DNA from: Macrostomum lignano
Lineage: Eukaryota
Reading direction: 5' to 3'
DNA: 64,000 nt
NCBI GenBank assembly: GCA_002269645.1
Contig: NIVC01000365.1
Location: forward strand, 558,001 to 622,000
The notes under the pieces were generated by a model. The model was not told the origin of the DNA. It ran no database searches and saw only the letters and a program-made list of their open reading frames with translations. This document shows positions 1-13,350 of the stretch, piece by piece; within the stretch, counting starts at the first letter, position 1, and each line of letters opens with the position of its first letter. Made by a program: the position numbers and the translations under genes.

Positions 1-530
1 GATGACTCAGGGCTGATTGGAGGATGACTCAGGGATGATTGGGGGATGACTCAGGGATGATTGGGGGATGACTCAAGGATGATTGAGGGATGACTCAGGG
101 ATGATTGGAGGATGACTCAGGGATGATTGGGGGATGACTCAAGGATGATTGAGGGATGACTCAGGGATGATTGGGGGATGACTCAGGGATGATTGGGGGA
201 TGACTCAAGGATGATTGGGGACTCAGGGCTGATTGGAGGATGACTGAGGGATGATTGGGGGATGACTCAGGGATGATTGGGGGATGACTCAGGGATGATT
301 GGGGGATGACTCAGGGATGATTGGGGGATGACTCAGGGATGATTGGGGGATGACTCAGGGATGATTGGGGGATGACTCAGGGATGATTGGGGGATGACTC
401 AGGGATGATTCGGGGATGACTCAGGGATGATTCGGGGATGACTCAGGGATGATTGGAGGATGACTGAAGGATGATTGGGGAATGACTGAGGAATGATTGG
501 AGGGTGACTGTGGGATGATTTAGAGAATAA
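1..530. repeat. ~22-bp minisatellite (GATGACTCAGGGATGATTGGGG), truncated by window start
   Basis: Direct tandem repeats visible from base 1; units degenerate after ~470. Confidence 0.95.
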
Positions 531-886
531 CTGAGAGGCATGACAGGGGAATTACAACACCCTAAGTCTCCAAGGTCTACAGCAGACATGCGGGTGACCA
601 AACACTTGACCGAGACGCTCAGCCTGAATATGAAATTCGTATTCTTAAGAACCGGCTCTGCCAGATCGCTGTGGAGAATAAAAAATTATTGGCATCCGTA
701 AAAGCCAAGACTTTACTGACTGCTAACAGTAGACATGACAGTTTTGCACTGTTAATGAATTCTTCACACCTTGGCTTTGCTTACTCGGCACAATTAGCAG
801 TCACTCCAAGAGTAAGAGTGGGCTCGAACCCATGACTTCAGGATATCAAAAACATCACGGGGAAAAAACTAAGTTCACATCGATCA

Positions 887-2052
<1,166 letters not shown>

Positions 2053-2342
2053 AAAATCTATAAAAGCCTTTCATGCTACTTCCAGCAACCTCATCAAAAG
2101 TTGTTAACGGAGATTTTGATTGTCAGAGGCCGCCTACAACTGATAGGATTCGATCTGTGAGTTGCATCATAAACACAGTGAAAGTTATGCACTGTTGCCT
2201 TGCAAAATAATTATTTTAATTATTATTATTTTGCCTTGCAAAAAAAACTGCTACCTCCGTTGGTATAGCAACACACGGTAATCTCGAGGGCAACTTTGAG
2301 CTTGCAGCCTGAGCCGCAGCAAGTCAGACTGGCTGCGTTGGT

Positions 2343-3082
2343 GGTGAGATTCCCGGTAAGATTTTCTTGTGATGAGATTCCCGGTAAGATTTTCTTGTGA
2401 TGAGATTCCCGGTAAGATTTTCTTGTGATGAGATTCCCGGTAAGATTTTCTTGTGATGAGATTCCCGGTAAGATTTTCGTGTGATGAGATTCCCGGTAAG
2501 ACACCCGGTGGTGCAATGAGATTCCTGGTAAGACTGTCCGGTGGTGCAGTGAGATTTCCGGTGAGACTGTCCGGTGGTGCAGTGAGATTCCCGGTGAGAC
2601 TGTCCGGTGGTGCAGTGAGATTCCAAATGAGACTGTCCGGTGGTGCAGTGAGATTCCCGGTGAGACTGTCCGGTGGTGCAGTGAGATTCCCGGTGAGACT
2701 GTCCGGTGGTGCAGTGAGATTCCCGGTGAGACTGTCCGGTGGTGCAGTGAGATTCCCGGTGAGACTGTCCGGTGGTGCAGTGAGATTCCCGGTGAGACTG
2801 TCCGGTGGTGCAGTGAGATTCCCGGTGAGACTGTCCGGTGGTGCAGTGAGATTCCCGGTGAGACTGTCCGGTGGTGCAGTGAGATTCCCGGTGAGACTGT
2901 CCGGTGGTGCAGTGAGATTCCCGGTGAGACTGTCCGGTGGTGCAGTGAGATTCCCGGTGAGACTGTCCGGTGGTGCAGTGAGATTCCCGGTGAGACTGTC
3001 CGGTGGTGCAGTGAGATTCCCGGTGAGACTGTCCGGTGGTGCAGTGAGATTCCCGGTGAGACTGTCCGGTGGTGCAGTGAGA
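2343..3082. repeat. Compound minisatellite: 28-bp units then 33-bp units (GTGAGATTCCCGGTGAGACTGTCCGGTGGTGCA)
   Basis: Tandem units share the core GAGATTCCCGGT(A/G)AGA. Confidence 0.95.
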
Positions 3083-3311
3083 TTTTTCGGTCGCTGAACT
3101 TGATTATCCTGCAAAATCTTTCTGATAATTTTGACTAACTAGAGCACTTTGCATGGCTTTAACCAACTCAAAGTTTCTACTAATTCCCCCCACCAATGTT
3201 GAGCAAATATTGAGCAACAGTTGAACAAGATCATATCTGTTGGATTTTCAAAGAGCAAAGTAGTTAAGACTTTTTATTCGGCAGCAGTTTCATTGAAAAC
3301 TTTTACTGCAG

Positions 3312-4437
3312 GTCAATAGCAAGGAGCAGCAGATGCAGCAACAGCAGAAGCAACAACAGGTGCAGCAGCAGAAGCAACAACAGGTGCAGCAGCAGAAGCA
3401 ACAACAGGTGCAGCAGCAGAAGCAACAACAGGTGCAGCAGCAGAAGCAACAACAGGAGCAGCAGAAGCAACAACAGGAGCAGCACAAGCAACAACAGGTG
3501 CAGCGGCAAAAGCAACAACAGATGCAGCAGCAAAACTCCGCATCTGCAACCGAGGCAAGAGCGGTATCTACAGATCAAGGCAGCGACAAGCCTCGAGTGG
3601 CTGAAAGAATCCGAGACCTGCAGCGGCACAGCAGACAGGTGACTCAGAACTCAGGAGCTGGGCTTCTTGTACAAACTAAGTTGCTGCGTTTTTGAAGTTC
3701 GCTTGTATAATTAGGACACCCTTCATCACCACCACCTGTTCAGCAGCACTTGAGCACGGTTGAGCACCAGCGGGCCGACCCCAACGAGGAGCTGCCGGCT
3801 GCTGGCACCACCCGCAGCCTCTTGGGCTTCTGGCGGCAGCGCGAGGCTCTCGAGGGCTGGCAGGTAAGGCAGGCGGAGACAGAAGCTCCAGCTGTCTCAC
3901 CCTCCTTATACCTCTTACTATCTAGTGTAGCATTAGTACTAGTCTTCCACCACTCTTCTCCCTCTGCACTCTTCTCCCTCCTCACTCCTCTCCCTCCCCC
4001 ACTCCTCTCCCTCCTCACTCCTCTCCCTCCTCACTCCTCTCCCTCCTCACTCCTCTCCCTCCTCTCCCTCCTCACTCCTCTCCCTCCTCACTCCTCTCAC
4101 TCCTCTCCCTCCTCACTCCTCTCCCTCCGCTCTCCTCTCCCTCCTCACTCCTCTCCCTCCTCACTCCTCTCCCTCCTCACTCCTCTCCCTCCTCACTCCT
4201 CTCCCTCCTCACTCCTCTCCCTCCGCTCTCTTCTCCCTCATTCCCTCCCTCCGCATCCGTGAAGTTTACTGCATCTTCCACTAGCAAACCGGTTTCTCAT
4301 TGATTTCTCTCGAATTTTCCCGCCGCCCCGCCCGACAGCTGCGGTCGCGAGCGGGCTCCGGCCGGCCGGCCACGGGCTCTCAACGGGGGACGCCAGGTGC
4401 GGCCATGGCGCCGGCCAGCCACAGCCGAGCGGCTTGA
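3312..4437 (+). CDS. Probable 3' exons of the LIM gene (3312-3638 Gln-rich, 3744-3863, 4339-4437)
   Basis: All three have canonical AG/GT borders in phase 0. The middle exon EELPAAGTTRSLLGFWRQRE resembles the repeat of invertebrate LIM/EPLIN-like proteins. The link to the LIM exons is not resolved. Confidence 0.45.
3945..4255. repeat. CT-rich low-complexity tandem repeat (intronic)
   Basis: CTCCTCACTCCTCTCC-like units. Confidence 0.9.
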
Positions 4438-5299
4438 GTCGCTGGAGACCGGACTCAGTCGCGCCGGAAGCTCCAAATTTAAAACAAAAAGCATTAGCCT
4501 ACTCAAGCAGTTCTCAATGACCACAGTTTTAGTGACGGTGTCCAGCCATAAAATTTTGCATAAAAGTTTTCTCTCACCAATACACGGAAGCAGCCTACCC
4601 ACACAAATAACGAACCAAGTTTGAAGACTGCTCACGAATTCAGTTCAAAGTTCGCACGAGATCAATGGGCGGTGCGGGGTATTTTGCATTTTTTGCGATT
4701 GGCAATTGATCAAAGAGCTGCCGCCTTTGCAGCTTCGCAGTGGATTGAAAAATCGAGCATTAGAGAAATTGTAACGTCAACGAATTAACGGAATCTCATT
4801 TTCAGAATCTGCCTACGACGTCAATAAATAATTTGGCGCAATCGAAGAGCGTATAACAAGATTTTGTTCGCCATTAATAAACACTCGAGTTCGCGGCGGA
4901 GGGCGGCAGCGAGCGCGCACACAGTAAAACAAACGCCGACCTTCGGTCGATCTCGGCAGGTTCGGACGAGGGGGCAATGGGGGAGTGGGCGAAAATCGAG
5001 CATTGAGATAAACAGGCGAGGCTAAACAGTTCGAAGAAAAACGGCTGTGAAAATTAATTGGTTAGAGTAAAATAATTGTGAAATTGAGGCGAAACAAAAA
5101 AGCCAGTAGCATTGGGAGAGTGGGCGAAGCGGAGTGTCCGAAGAGCATCTCGTTCAGCGGAGTAACTCGGCCAGTTATTTAGCATATTAGGAGAACGGAA
5201 GCGGCGAGCATGCAGAGCAAAACCGAGTGTTAAATAAATATATATATGAAGCGCAGAGTTCAGCCGCTGGAGCTGCTACTAACAGTAGCGCGGCTCGCT

Positions 5300-6610
5300 T
5301 CAACAGTTGAGGCCGTAGCCCAGGCCGCCCGGAATGGCGAACGGGAACGGATTGGCCGACAGCAGCTGCGTCAGCGCGTCTGTCCCGCTGGCCGCGGCGG
5401 CGACGCCACCGGTCGAGACCGTAGCGGGGCCGGTCAGGCCGGCGCCGGCGCCAGTCAGAGAGGCCGCGCTGCTGACGGCGCCAGGCGACTGCAGCTGCTG
5501 CTGCTGAGCGCGCAAGCGCAGAAAGTCGAAGATCGGCGGCACCTCGGCGCTGGCGGGCAGGTTCAGCGCCGCCTTGATGGCCTGATCGTCCAGCGGCGGG
5601 CAGGCAGCCAGCACGGCCGGGTCCGGCGACAAGGAGCGGCCCGTCATGGCGGCGATGAGGTGCAGCTGCTGAGTGAGCAGCCAATAGCGACGCCGCTGCT
5701 CACCAAGCAGTCCCTGCCCAGCTGGCGCGGCAGCAGCGGAGGCCGCAGAAGTCGACTGCGAGGAGCTGGGCACAGACAGGCGGCGGCCGGAGCTGCGGAC
5801 CGGCCGAGGCGACAGCGCGGCGATGGCAGCGGCGGCGCTGTGCTGATGGTAGTGCTGGTGACCGGCGGCCGCAGTGTGGGCGGCGGCGGCAGCGGCAGCG
5901 GCGGCAGCGGCGGCGGCGGCGGAGGGGCTAGTGTCGAACTCGCCTGCCAGCTGCGGGGGTGGCGGCGGGAAGGAATGACGCATTCGGCTCGGCGTAGTGT
6001 GCCGGCGCTGCTGGATGGCGCTCGGGCTGCCGCGGCTGACGAGCTCCGATGGCGGGGAGGCGGCGGCAGCAGCGGCAGCGGCTTTCGAGACGATGGGAGA
6101 CGTGACGGTGCGCGCTGGCACGGCCTCCTCATCGCTCGGCGTCTGCGTGGCGACTGTGGCAGTGCGTACGGCGCGCGCCTCCTCGGAGCACTTGAGCTCT
6201 TCTAGAAGCCGGATGAGGTCCTCCTCCTCCTTGGCGATGACTTCCTCGTCCTTCGGTGGCAGCGGCGCGGCATCTTTGGCCTCGGGGCCGAGGATCTTCT
6301 TGCGCAGGTAGTTGCGGATGTGCAGCGGCGGGTGGAAGAACATGTCCAGGTTGATCTCGCGCCGCGCTGTCGGGTCCATGTGCTGGCAGGCGCAATCGCC
6401 GTACAGCACGAAGTTCTTGCAGCAGATCACGAGGCCGGCCGGGAACGACTCGTAGAGAAATCGGGGGTGAAAGATGCGAACGCGCTTGGCCGGGTGGGCC
6501 AGCATGCAGTCGCCTTTGCAGCCGCTGTTCTCCAGGAACTCCTGGCACACCGGGTGCATGTAGGGGCCGTGGATGTAGTGGTTAAACACTTCTCTTGGCA
6601 GGTAGGCCAT
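5300..6610 (-). CDS. Intronless CCCH zinc-finger protein, divergent muscleblind(MBNL)-like, ~436 aa
   Basis: ATG at 6610 (MAYLPREVF). VCQEFLENSGCKGDCMLAHP...GLVICCKNF...FFHPPLHIRNYL parallels MBNL CREF..CKFAHP..GRVIAC..YLHPPPHLK. Followed by poly-Ala, low-complexity C-terminus. Confidence 0.6.
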   Translation of the reverse strand: MAYLPREVFNHYIHGPYMHPVCQEFLENSGCKGDCMLAHPAKRVRIFHPRFLYESFPAGLVICCKNFVLYGDCACQHMDPTARREINLDMFFHPPLHIRNYLRKKILGPEAKDAAPLPPKDEEVIAKEEEDLIRLLEELKCSEEARAVRTATVATQTPSDEEAVPARTVTSPIVSKAAAAAAAASPPSELVSRGSPSAIQQRRHTTPSRMRHSFPPPPPQLAGEFDTSPSAAAAAAAAAAAAAAHTAAAGHQHYHQHSAAAAIAALSPRPVRSSGRRLSVPSSSQSTSAASAAAAPAGQGLLGEQRRRYWLLTQQLHLIAAMTGRSLSPDPAVLAACPPLDDQAIKAALNLPASAEVPPIFDFLRLRAQQQQLQSPGAVSSAASLTGAGAGLTGPATVSTGGVAAAASGTDALTQLLSANPFPFAIPGGLGYGLNC

Positions 6611-7627
6611 CTTGGACTGCGGACTCTGCTGTCTTGTCGGATCTCTTCTGCCTGATAAAACTACACCTCTCTCTGACAATTGAGGGTTGGGACCAGGTCT
6701 TTAAACTTGTGTTAGCCCACCTCAGCACCAACCCCTCCCCAGCCCTTCTCAGGCGGCGAAGGATTAGGCCGCAGCCAATCAGAACGAAGCTCATTAATAA
6801 TAAAGTGCCAACGCCGGGGGGCAAAACAAGCTCTCACACTGACTAAACCAACCGAATCTAAAAATAGAAACGTTTGGACAGAGGGGGTAGAAGGGCGATG
6901 ACTCAGCTTAGTCAGCAGGGGTTGACTATAATTTGCCTTATCTGGCCAATCGATTGATTCAGCGACTGTACGCACCGATTTTTCTTACCCCCCTTGCGAC
7001 CCCACTCCACTCCCCCAGGCCCGCTTCTTCTCCTTTCACTTCAGTGGCAGCGATGATAAGGGTTGAATACACATGGCCAATAATTCACTTTAGTGCACAC
7101 ACCCAGACCCAGCCTACACATTTAATCAATGTGGTGCAATTAATTCAGCTCAATATTTCACAATAAAACCGCGACTCGGTAAATAATTCTGAAATCAATT
7201 TATTTCTGGAAGCTGGATAGATCGCAACTTAACGTTTTATAAGCAAAAATTAACTTGCATAGAACCTAAAAAAATCGGAAGCATTGCAATATAATCATCA
7301 TAAACGCACCACCGCACATTACAGAAATATGATTCCAAGCAGAAGAAGCATTAAAGCGAACAGAAATAAATAGCAGCCATATAACAAGCAGCCTACAAAG
7401 ACATTTCTAAAAATGACTTTTAATTTCTCATCATTTACCATACATAAAAAAGACTTCATAGGTACTGAATAGATTTACTTAAAAGCAGGCATCATAAGTG
7501 AAAACAAATACGAATTTGAGATTCTTATAGATGAAAGGGAAAATATATTTATTCAATACAAAAGCTGCTAAGCTGGGTACCAAAACAGTGCGAAATGCGA
7601 CTGTCAGATTCAAGGAATCAGGAATAC

Positions 7628-9138
7628 TCAGGTAATGTAGGCCCTGACAGCTCCCAGGATGCGGGATCCGCACTGCGGACAGGCCGAACTCGAGCTCAGG
7701 CAGCCGCGGCACAGCAAGAAGTGCGCGCACGGCAGGGTCACGTGATCCCGGGTGCGCTCTCGGCACAGCAGGCACTTATCACTCTGAGCTGCGACCTCTG
7801 CGTCCTCCTCCACGGAGATCTGCGAATGAAAGCCCGGGTGACCGGACTTCTCTGCAGCCTGCGCTGACTGGGGCTTGGAACTTCTGGCTGCTTGGGCTAG
7901 GGATTGAAGGGCTTCTGATTTCTGCTGCTCCAGTGCGGGTCTCTGCTGCTCCAGTGCGGGTCTCTGCTGCTCCAGTGCGGGTCTCTGCTGCTCCAGTGCG
8001 GGTCTCTGCTGCTCCAGTGCGGGTCTCTGCTGCTCCAGTGCGGGTCTCTGCTGCTCCAGTGCGGGTCTCTGCTGCTCCAGTGCGGGTCTCTGCTGCTCCA
8101 GTGCGGGTCTCTGCTGCTCCAGTGCGGGTCTCTGCTGCTCCAGTGCGGGTCTCTGCTGCTCCATTATGGATCTCTGCTGCTCCAGTGCGGGTCTCTGCTG
8201 CTCCAGTGCGGGTCTCTGCTGCTCCAGTGCGGGTCTCTGCTGCTCCAGTGCGGGTCTCTGCTGCTCCAGTGCGGGTCTCTGCTGCTCCAGTGCGGGTCTC
8301 TGCTGCTCCAGTGCGGGTCTCTGCTGCTCCAGTGCGGGTCTCTGCTGCCGCTCCCCTGACGCTCCCGACTCGTTCAGCGTTGCGCAGTCGCTCAGCACGG
8401 CCTCCACGTCGATCACGTGACCCCAGTCGGGCTGCAGCTCCTCGAACTCGCGGATCATCTCGATGAGGTCGCCCGGCCTGCAGGCCAGCTGGCCGCCCCG
8501 AGTCATGAAGTGCCGGCAGGCGCAGTACAGCACGCTGCTCCTGGCGAAGCCGAACGACTCGACCAGACCGAGCATCGATCTGCGCTCGAGCAGGTCGCTG
8601 CTCAGCTTGGCGAGCGCGCGTCTCAGCTTGGCGGAGGTGGCGACGACCCGGTCGTGTCGCTCGCTCAGCATTCCGTGAGCAACCTTGAGCAGCGTGAGCA
8701 GCTCGCACTGCTCGCCTCCCAGCTGCTCGTGAAGCCGCAGCGGCTCGTCGGTCGGGCCGCCCGGCCGCACCGGAAGCCGGCAGCCGCAGTGGAAGCAGCG
8801 AACTGCTCCGGTGGCCGCCTCATCAGCCGGCAGGAAGAGGCCAGCATCCGCCCAGCGATACCGGGCCGCCTCATCAGCCAGGAAGGGCGCCGCCGACCGA
8901 CTGAGCGACCGCAGCCGCGTCGCGTACTCGGCGAAAGCGGGGAACCTGGCGGCGGTGACGCAGAACAGCAGGCTGCCTGGAAGGAAAATTGTGTGCTGTT
9001 AGTTCCATCGCAGACTTTTGATATTGCAGCAATATTTTTAATGAACACACCACTGAGCAAGTTACCTCTCGTGTAGAAGCTTGCGCTGTCTGCAAGTGTC
9101 AAGCAGAGCTGCTTGCTGAATGCGGAGCTGCCTTCCAT
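7628..9138 (-). CDS. IAP-like copy A: BIR-UBA-(EQQRPAL)20-RING; exons 9138-9066 and 8976-7628
   Basis: BIR (RLRSL..WADAG..VRCFHCG..H..C), UBA-like (FGF..V..G..LI), C-terminal IAP-type RING CLLC..LPCAH..CRGC..CPQC..RAYIT*. The 89-nt phase-1 intron restores the frame; TATATAA at ~9226-9232. Confidence 0.85.
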
Positions 9139-9615
9139 TCCGCAGTTTGTGCAGTGGCGTTTGGTTTCGCTCGTTTCTGCAAAATCTGCAGTGTTTGCAG
9201 AGGGGCTGTTTGGATACAAGCAACTTATATATGCGGGCTAACATCTATATTTACTTAGTGCTTGGCTAAAAATAGCCCCACCCAAGTGCTTGGACTCTCC
9301 GATCGCAAGCACGGGGGCTTCCCGTGTAATTTGCTTGCAGGCCGAAAATAGTCCGAATTGCAACTTCCTCATTCTGCAGTACGAGTTGCTGGTCATGTAG
9401 AACCCAACTGACTGAGTACAACATGTGCACAAATAGCCAGCTAGAGCCTCAACAAAAGGAACTTGAAGTTCGCAATCATTGACGTAATCTTTTCATTTTT
9501 TAGGTACACTAAATTAGCGATTTTCGATTTTCGATTTCCATTATTTTGAAGTACGAGCTGAAACCTATTTTAAGCCATTGAATTGTAGGAACAATGAGCT
9601 GTGTCATGCATCAGG

Positions 9616-10215
9616 GAATGGATTGCTAATCTAGCCTATCACGGGTGCAGGAATAGAATGGATTGCTAATCTAGCCTATCATAGGTGCAGGAATAGAATG
9701 GATTGCTAATCTAGCCTATCATGGGTGCAGGAATAGAATGGATTGCTAATCTAGCCTATCACGGGTGCAGGAATAGAATGGATTGCTAATCTAGCCTATC
9801 ATTGATGCAGGAATAGAATGGATTGCTAATCTAGCCTATCATGGATGCAGGAATAGAATGGATTGCTAATCTAGCCTATCACGGGTGCAGGAATAGAATG
9901 GATTGCTAATCTAGCCTATCACGGGTGCAGGAATAGAATGGATTGCTAATCTAGCCTATCATGGATGCAGGAATAGAATGGATTGCTAATCTAGCCTATC
10001 ACGGATGCAGGAATAGAATGGATTGCTAATCTAGCCTATCACGGGTGCAGGAATAGAATGGATTGCTAATCTAGCCTATCACGGGTGCAGGAATAGAATG
10101 GATTGCTAATCTAGCCTATCATGGATGCAGGAATAGAATGGATTGCTAATCTAGCCTATCACGGGTGCAGGAATAGAATGGATTGCTAATCTAGCCTATC
10201 ACGGGTGCAGGAATG
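9616..10215. repeat. 40-bp minisatellite
   Basis: ATGGATTGCTAATCTAGCCTATCACGGGTGCAGGAATAGA x ~15. Confidence 0.95.
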
Positions 10216-11040
10216 AAATAGTTTGACTTGTTAAAAGATTCACTCAATTCTGGTTTGCACCTTCACCAGACAAGACAAAAACCTGTGCTATCACAATGTC
10301 TGTACACTAATTTTCTTAGCTATATGCGAGCATGCATCATTCGTGCGAATTAAAACCATCTTTGATGGCGATGTCAACAAGCTTTGACAGGCATCAGAGA
10401 CTAAGGGCAGAACCCCGTCAATTTTACAAGTTTTGCGGCACAATGCCCGTATCGGGGCTGGTCGCGAGCCCAGGTCCCTCCTGCTTAGCAACCATTCAAT
10501 GGAGTAGAATGAGAGGTCTCTAGCTGACTGGCTCAGGACATTCGCCGCCAGTCCTGGAACCCAAGTTAAGCAGAGTTGGCCACGGTTAGTACGCTGCTAC
10601 ATAGACTTTTTGCGTCACCCCCTGAAGGCAGACATGCGTGAGTTGAGCTCCAGCTCACCAGCTGAGCTGTGGTGGCGCGAGAGTTCGAACCCCACACGAC
10701 ATAAATCGGAGCTAAGATAGTCCAAAGCATTGTGTCTTTGAAATAAATCTTTGCACGCGATTCCAACAACAGAGACGGCAAAATTCAATCAGTTTTTAAA
10801 AACCCATTAGGCAGTAATGCAATGCTGGGAAGTTGTAAAATACGAGTATATTACGAGGTATTATGGCTATTGAGCTGAGTAAAATCTCTAGTTAAAGCTA
10901 AGAGACATTCGTACTTTAGCCCTGGATTAAGTGGAAATGCCGATCAAACAAGTCATTGAAGTTAATTCATTGGACAGTAAAGTACACCCCACAGCTGCAG
11001 TACTGAGCGCAACGGAATAAAAACAGGGCAGCAACGCCAT

Positions 11041-12212
11041 TCAGGCGATAAACGCCCTCAGAGATGCCAGGATGCGGCCACCGCACTGTGGACAGTCTGT
11101 TCTAGAGCTGACGCAGCCGTGGCACAGCAGGAAGTGTGCGCATGGCAGGGTCACGTGATCCCGGGTGCGCTCTCGGCACAGCAAACACTTCTCTGAGCAG
11201 CCGCCGAGCTCGTTGGGCTTCAGCTGATCAGCGTCGGGAGAAACTGACGGCTGCCGAGCAACACCAACTAGTGAGCTTCCACCGACTGTGGCTGCCCGGC
11301 ACATCGCCACCGCCCCCTGCTGCTCCAGTGCGGGTCTCTGCTGCTCCAGTGCGGGTCTCTGCTGCTCCAGTGCGGGTCTCTGCTGCTCCAGTGCGGGTCT
11401 CTGCTGACGCTCCCCTGACGCTCCCGACTCGTTCAGCGTCGCGCAGTCGCTCAGCACGGCCTCCACGTCGATCACGTGACCCCAGTCGGGCTGCAGCTCC
11501 TCGAACTCGCAGATCATCTCGATGAGGTCGCCCGGCCTGCAGGCCAGCTGGCCGCCCCGAGTCATGAAGTGCCGGCAGGCGCAGTACAGCACGCTGCTCC
11601 TGGCGAAGCCGAACGACTCGACCAGACCGAGCATCGATCTGCGCTCGAGCAGGTCGCTGCTCAGCTTGGCGAGCGCGCGTCTCAGCTTGGCGGAGGTGGC
11701 GACGACCCGGTCGTGTCGCTCGCTCAGCATTCCGTGAGCAACCTTGAGCAGCGTGAGCAGCTCGCACTGCTCGCCTCCCAGCTGCTCGTGAAGCCGCAGC
11801 GGCTCGTCGGTCGGGCCGCCCGGCCGCACCGGAAGCCGGCAGCCGCAGTGGAAGCAGCGAACTGCTCCGGTGGCCGCCTCATCAGCCGGCAGGAAGAGGC
11901 CAGCATCCGCCCAGCGACAACGGGCCGCCTCATCAGCCAGGAAGGGCGCCGCCGACCGACTGAGCGACCGCAGCCGCGTCGCGTACTCGGCGAAAGCGGG
12001 GAACCTGGCGGCGGTGACGCAGAACAGCAGGCTGCCTGGAAGGTCGGTGAGGGAGCAGTGGTTGAGCATTCTCAGCCTATTGACAGGAAAATCATAGGGC
12101 AAGTCAGCCAGCAGTGCAGAGAGGTCTCACCCCGCGCATATTCAGAGTTCCGAGTTCCGAGCTGGCGCAAATTTTGCGCAGTCCGCTGGCCGAAGACGCC
12201 ATTGCGCTGCAT
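11041..12212 (-). CDS. IAP-like copy B: BIR-UBA-(EQQRPAL)4-RING; exons 12212-12131 and 12035-11041
   Basis: Same core as A, own linker and RING tail (..LRAFIA*). 95-nt phase-1 intron (GTGAGA..TTCCAG); TATAAG ~75 nt upstream of the ATG. Confidence 0.85.
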
Positions 12213-12922
12213 CCACAGCCTGGCACTGACACAAGCTTCTGCTGCTGCTGGCCACTCTGTGCTCTGTGCAAGGCTTGGCAGCTTATAACCGCTGCTTGCA
12301 AACCGGTTTTGGTTCCAAGTTAAGCATTTGTAGATAACTTTGCCAAGAGACGAAAGTATATTCGGGGATCTCTCACGTACCCCGTAGCCAGTTCTTGCAG
12401 TGGAGTGGAAATTTCTATTTTTAGCTCTGATTCTCAGTCGGGTTTGAATGCCAGTGTACATTGGATGTACATTTAGAGTGCGCGCTCAGTTTGAAAGCGG
12501 TTTCTGTGAAGCAGCGCAACGCCCTCTAAAAGTAATTTACTTTGAATGCAATTGCTTCATTGCCCTTCAAATATATATTTAAAATTTATGGATATGAAAA
12601 TGCCGTAAATATGCTTTGTAAAATAATCTAACAGATATAAGAGAATACCATTGATTATTCAAAATTAACATTTAGTATTTCACTAACTATTTAGCCCCCC
12701 CCCTTTGGGGGCCTTAAAAATGACACCAAATTGCCATGAATCAAAACTTTCATCAAGAAAGTTTCTTTCATCAACCCAAAACCCTTTCTCAATCAGCAAA
12801 TAGTGCTTATCCTTTCAAGCACAAACTCTTAGTGCATATTGTCACTGGCCGGGGCATATTCTGGTCTACAGCAGGAGCTCACGGCCTTATACCTCTCTTT
12901 ATTAGCCTAACTCAAAGAATCC

Positions 12923-13345
12923 CCCAGACAGCAAGCATCCCCCAGACAGCAAGCATCAGCAAGCATCCCCCAGACAGCAAGCATCCCCCAGACAGCAAGC
13001 ATCAGCAAGCATCCCCCAGACAGCAAGCATCAGCAAGCATCCCCCAGACAGCAAGCATCAGCAAGCATCCCCCAGACAGCAAGCATCCCCCAGACAGCAA
13101 GCATCAGCAAGCATCCCCCAGACAGCAAGCATCAGCAAGCATCCCCAGACAGCAAGCATCAGCAAGCATCCCCCAGACAGCAAGCATCAGCAAGCATCCC
13201 CCAGACAGCAAGCATCAGCAAGCATCCCCCAGACAGCAAGCATCAGCAAGCATCCCCCAGACAGCAAGCATCAGCAAGCATCCCCCAGACAGCAAGCATC
13301 AGCAAGCATCCCCCAGACAGCAAGCGTCCCCCAGACAGCAAGCAT
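12923..13345. repeat. Minisatellite of CAGACAGCAAGCAT/CAGCAAGCATCCCC units
   Basis: Tandem units abutting the transposon left TIR; a short inverted relative lies at ~20845-20905. Confidence 0.9.
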
Positions 13346-13350
13346 ATGCT

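Noticed and set aside
1-530. AP-1 (TGACTCA) enhancer array
   Set aside because: The motif is simply part of the minisatellite unit; no evidence of function from sequence alone
2226-3114. ORFs with LTAPPDSLTGN / VRFPVRLSGGA repeats
   Set aside because: Stop-free minisatellite translations with no unique domain
7779-9076. Overlapping and antisense ORFs on the IAP genes (AAETRTG, VSAAPVR, CCSSAGL, MTPVGLQ..)
   Set aside because: The 21-bp unit has no stop in any of six frames and the DNA is GC-rich; only the BIR/RING frame has domain logic. The same applies to copies B-D
10670-10700. tRNA-like B-box fragments (also ~820-845 and ~51850-51885)
   Set aside because: No complete cloverleaf can be folded; at most degenerate SINE remnants
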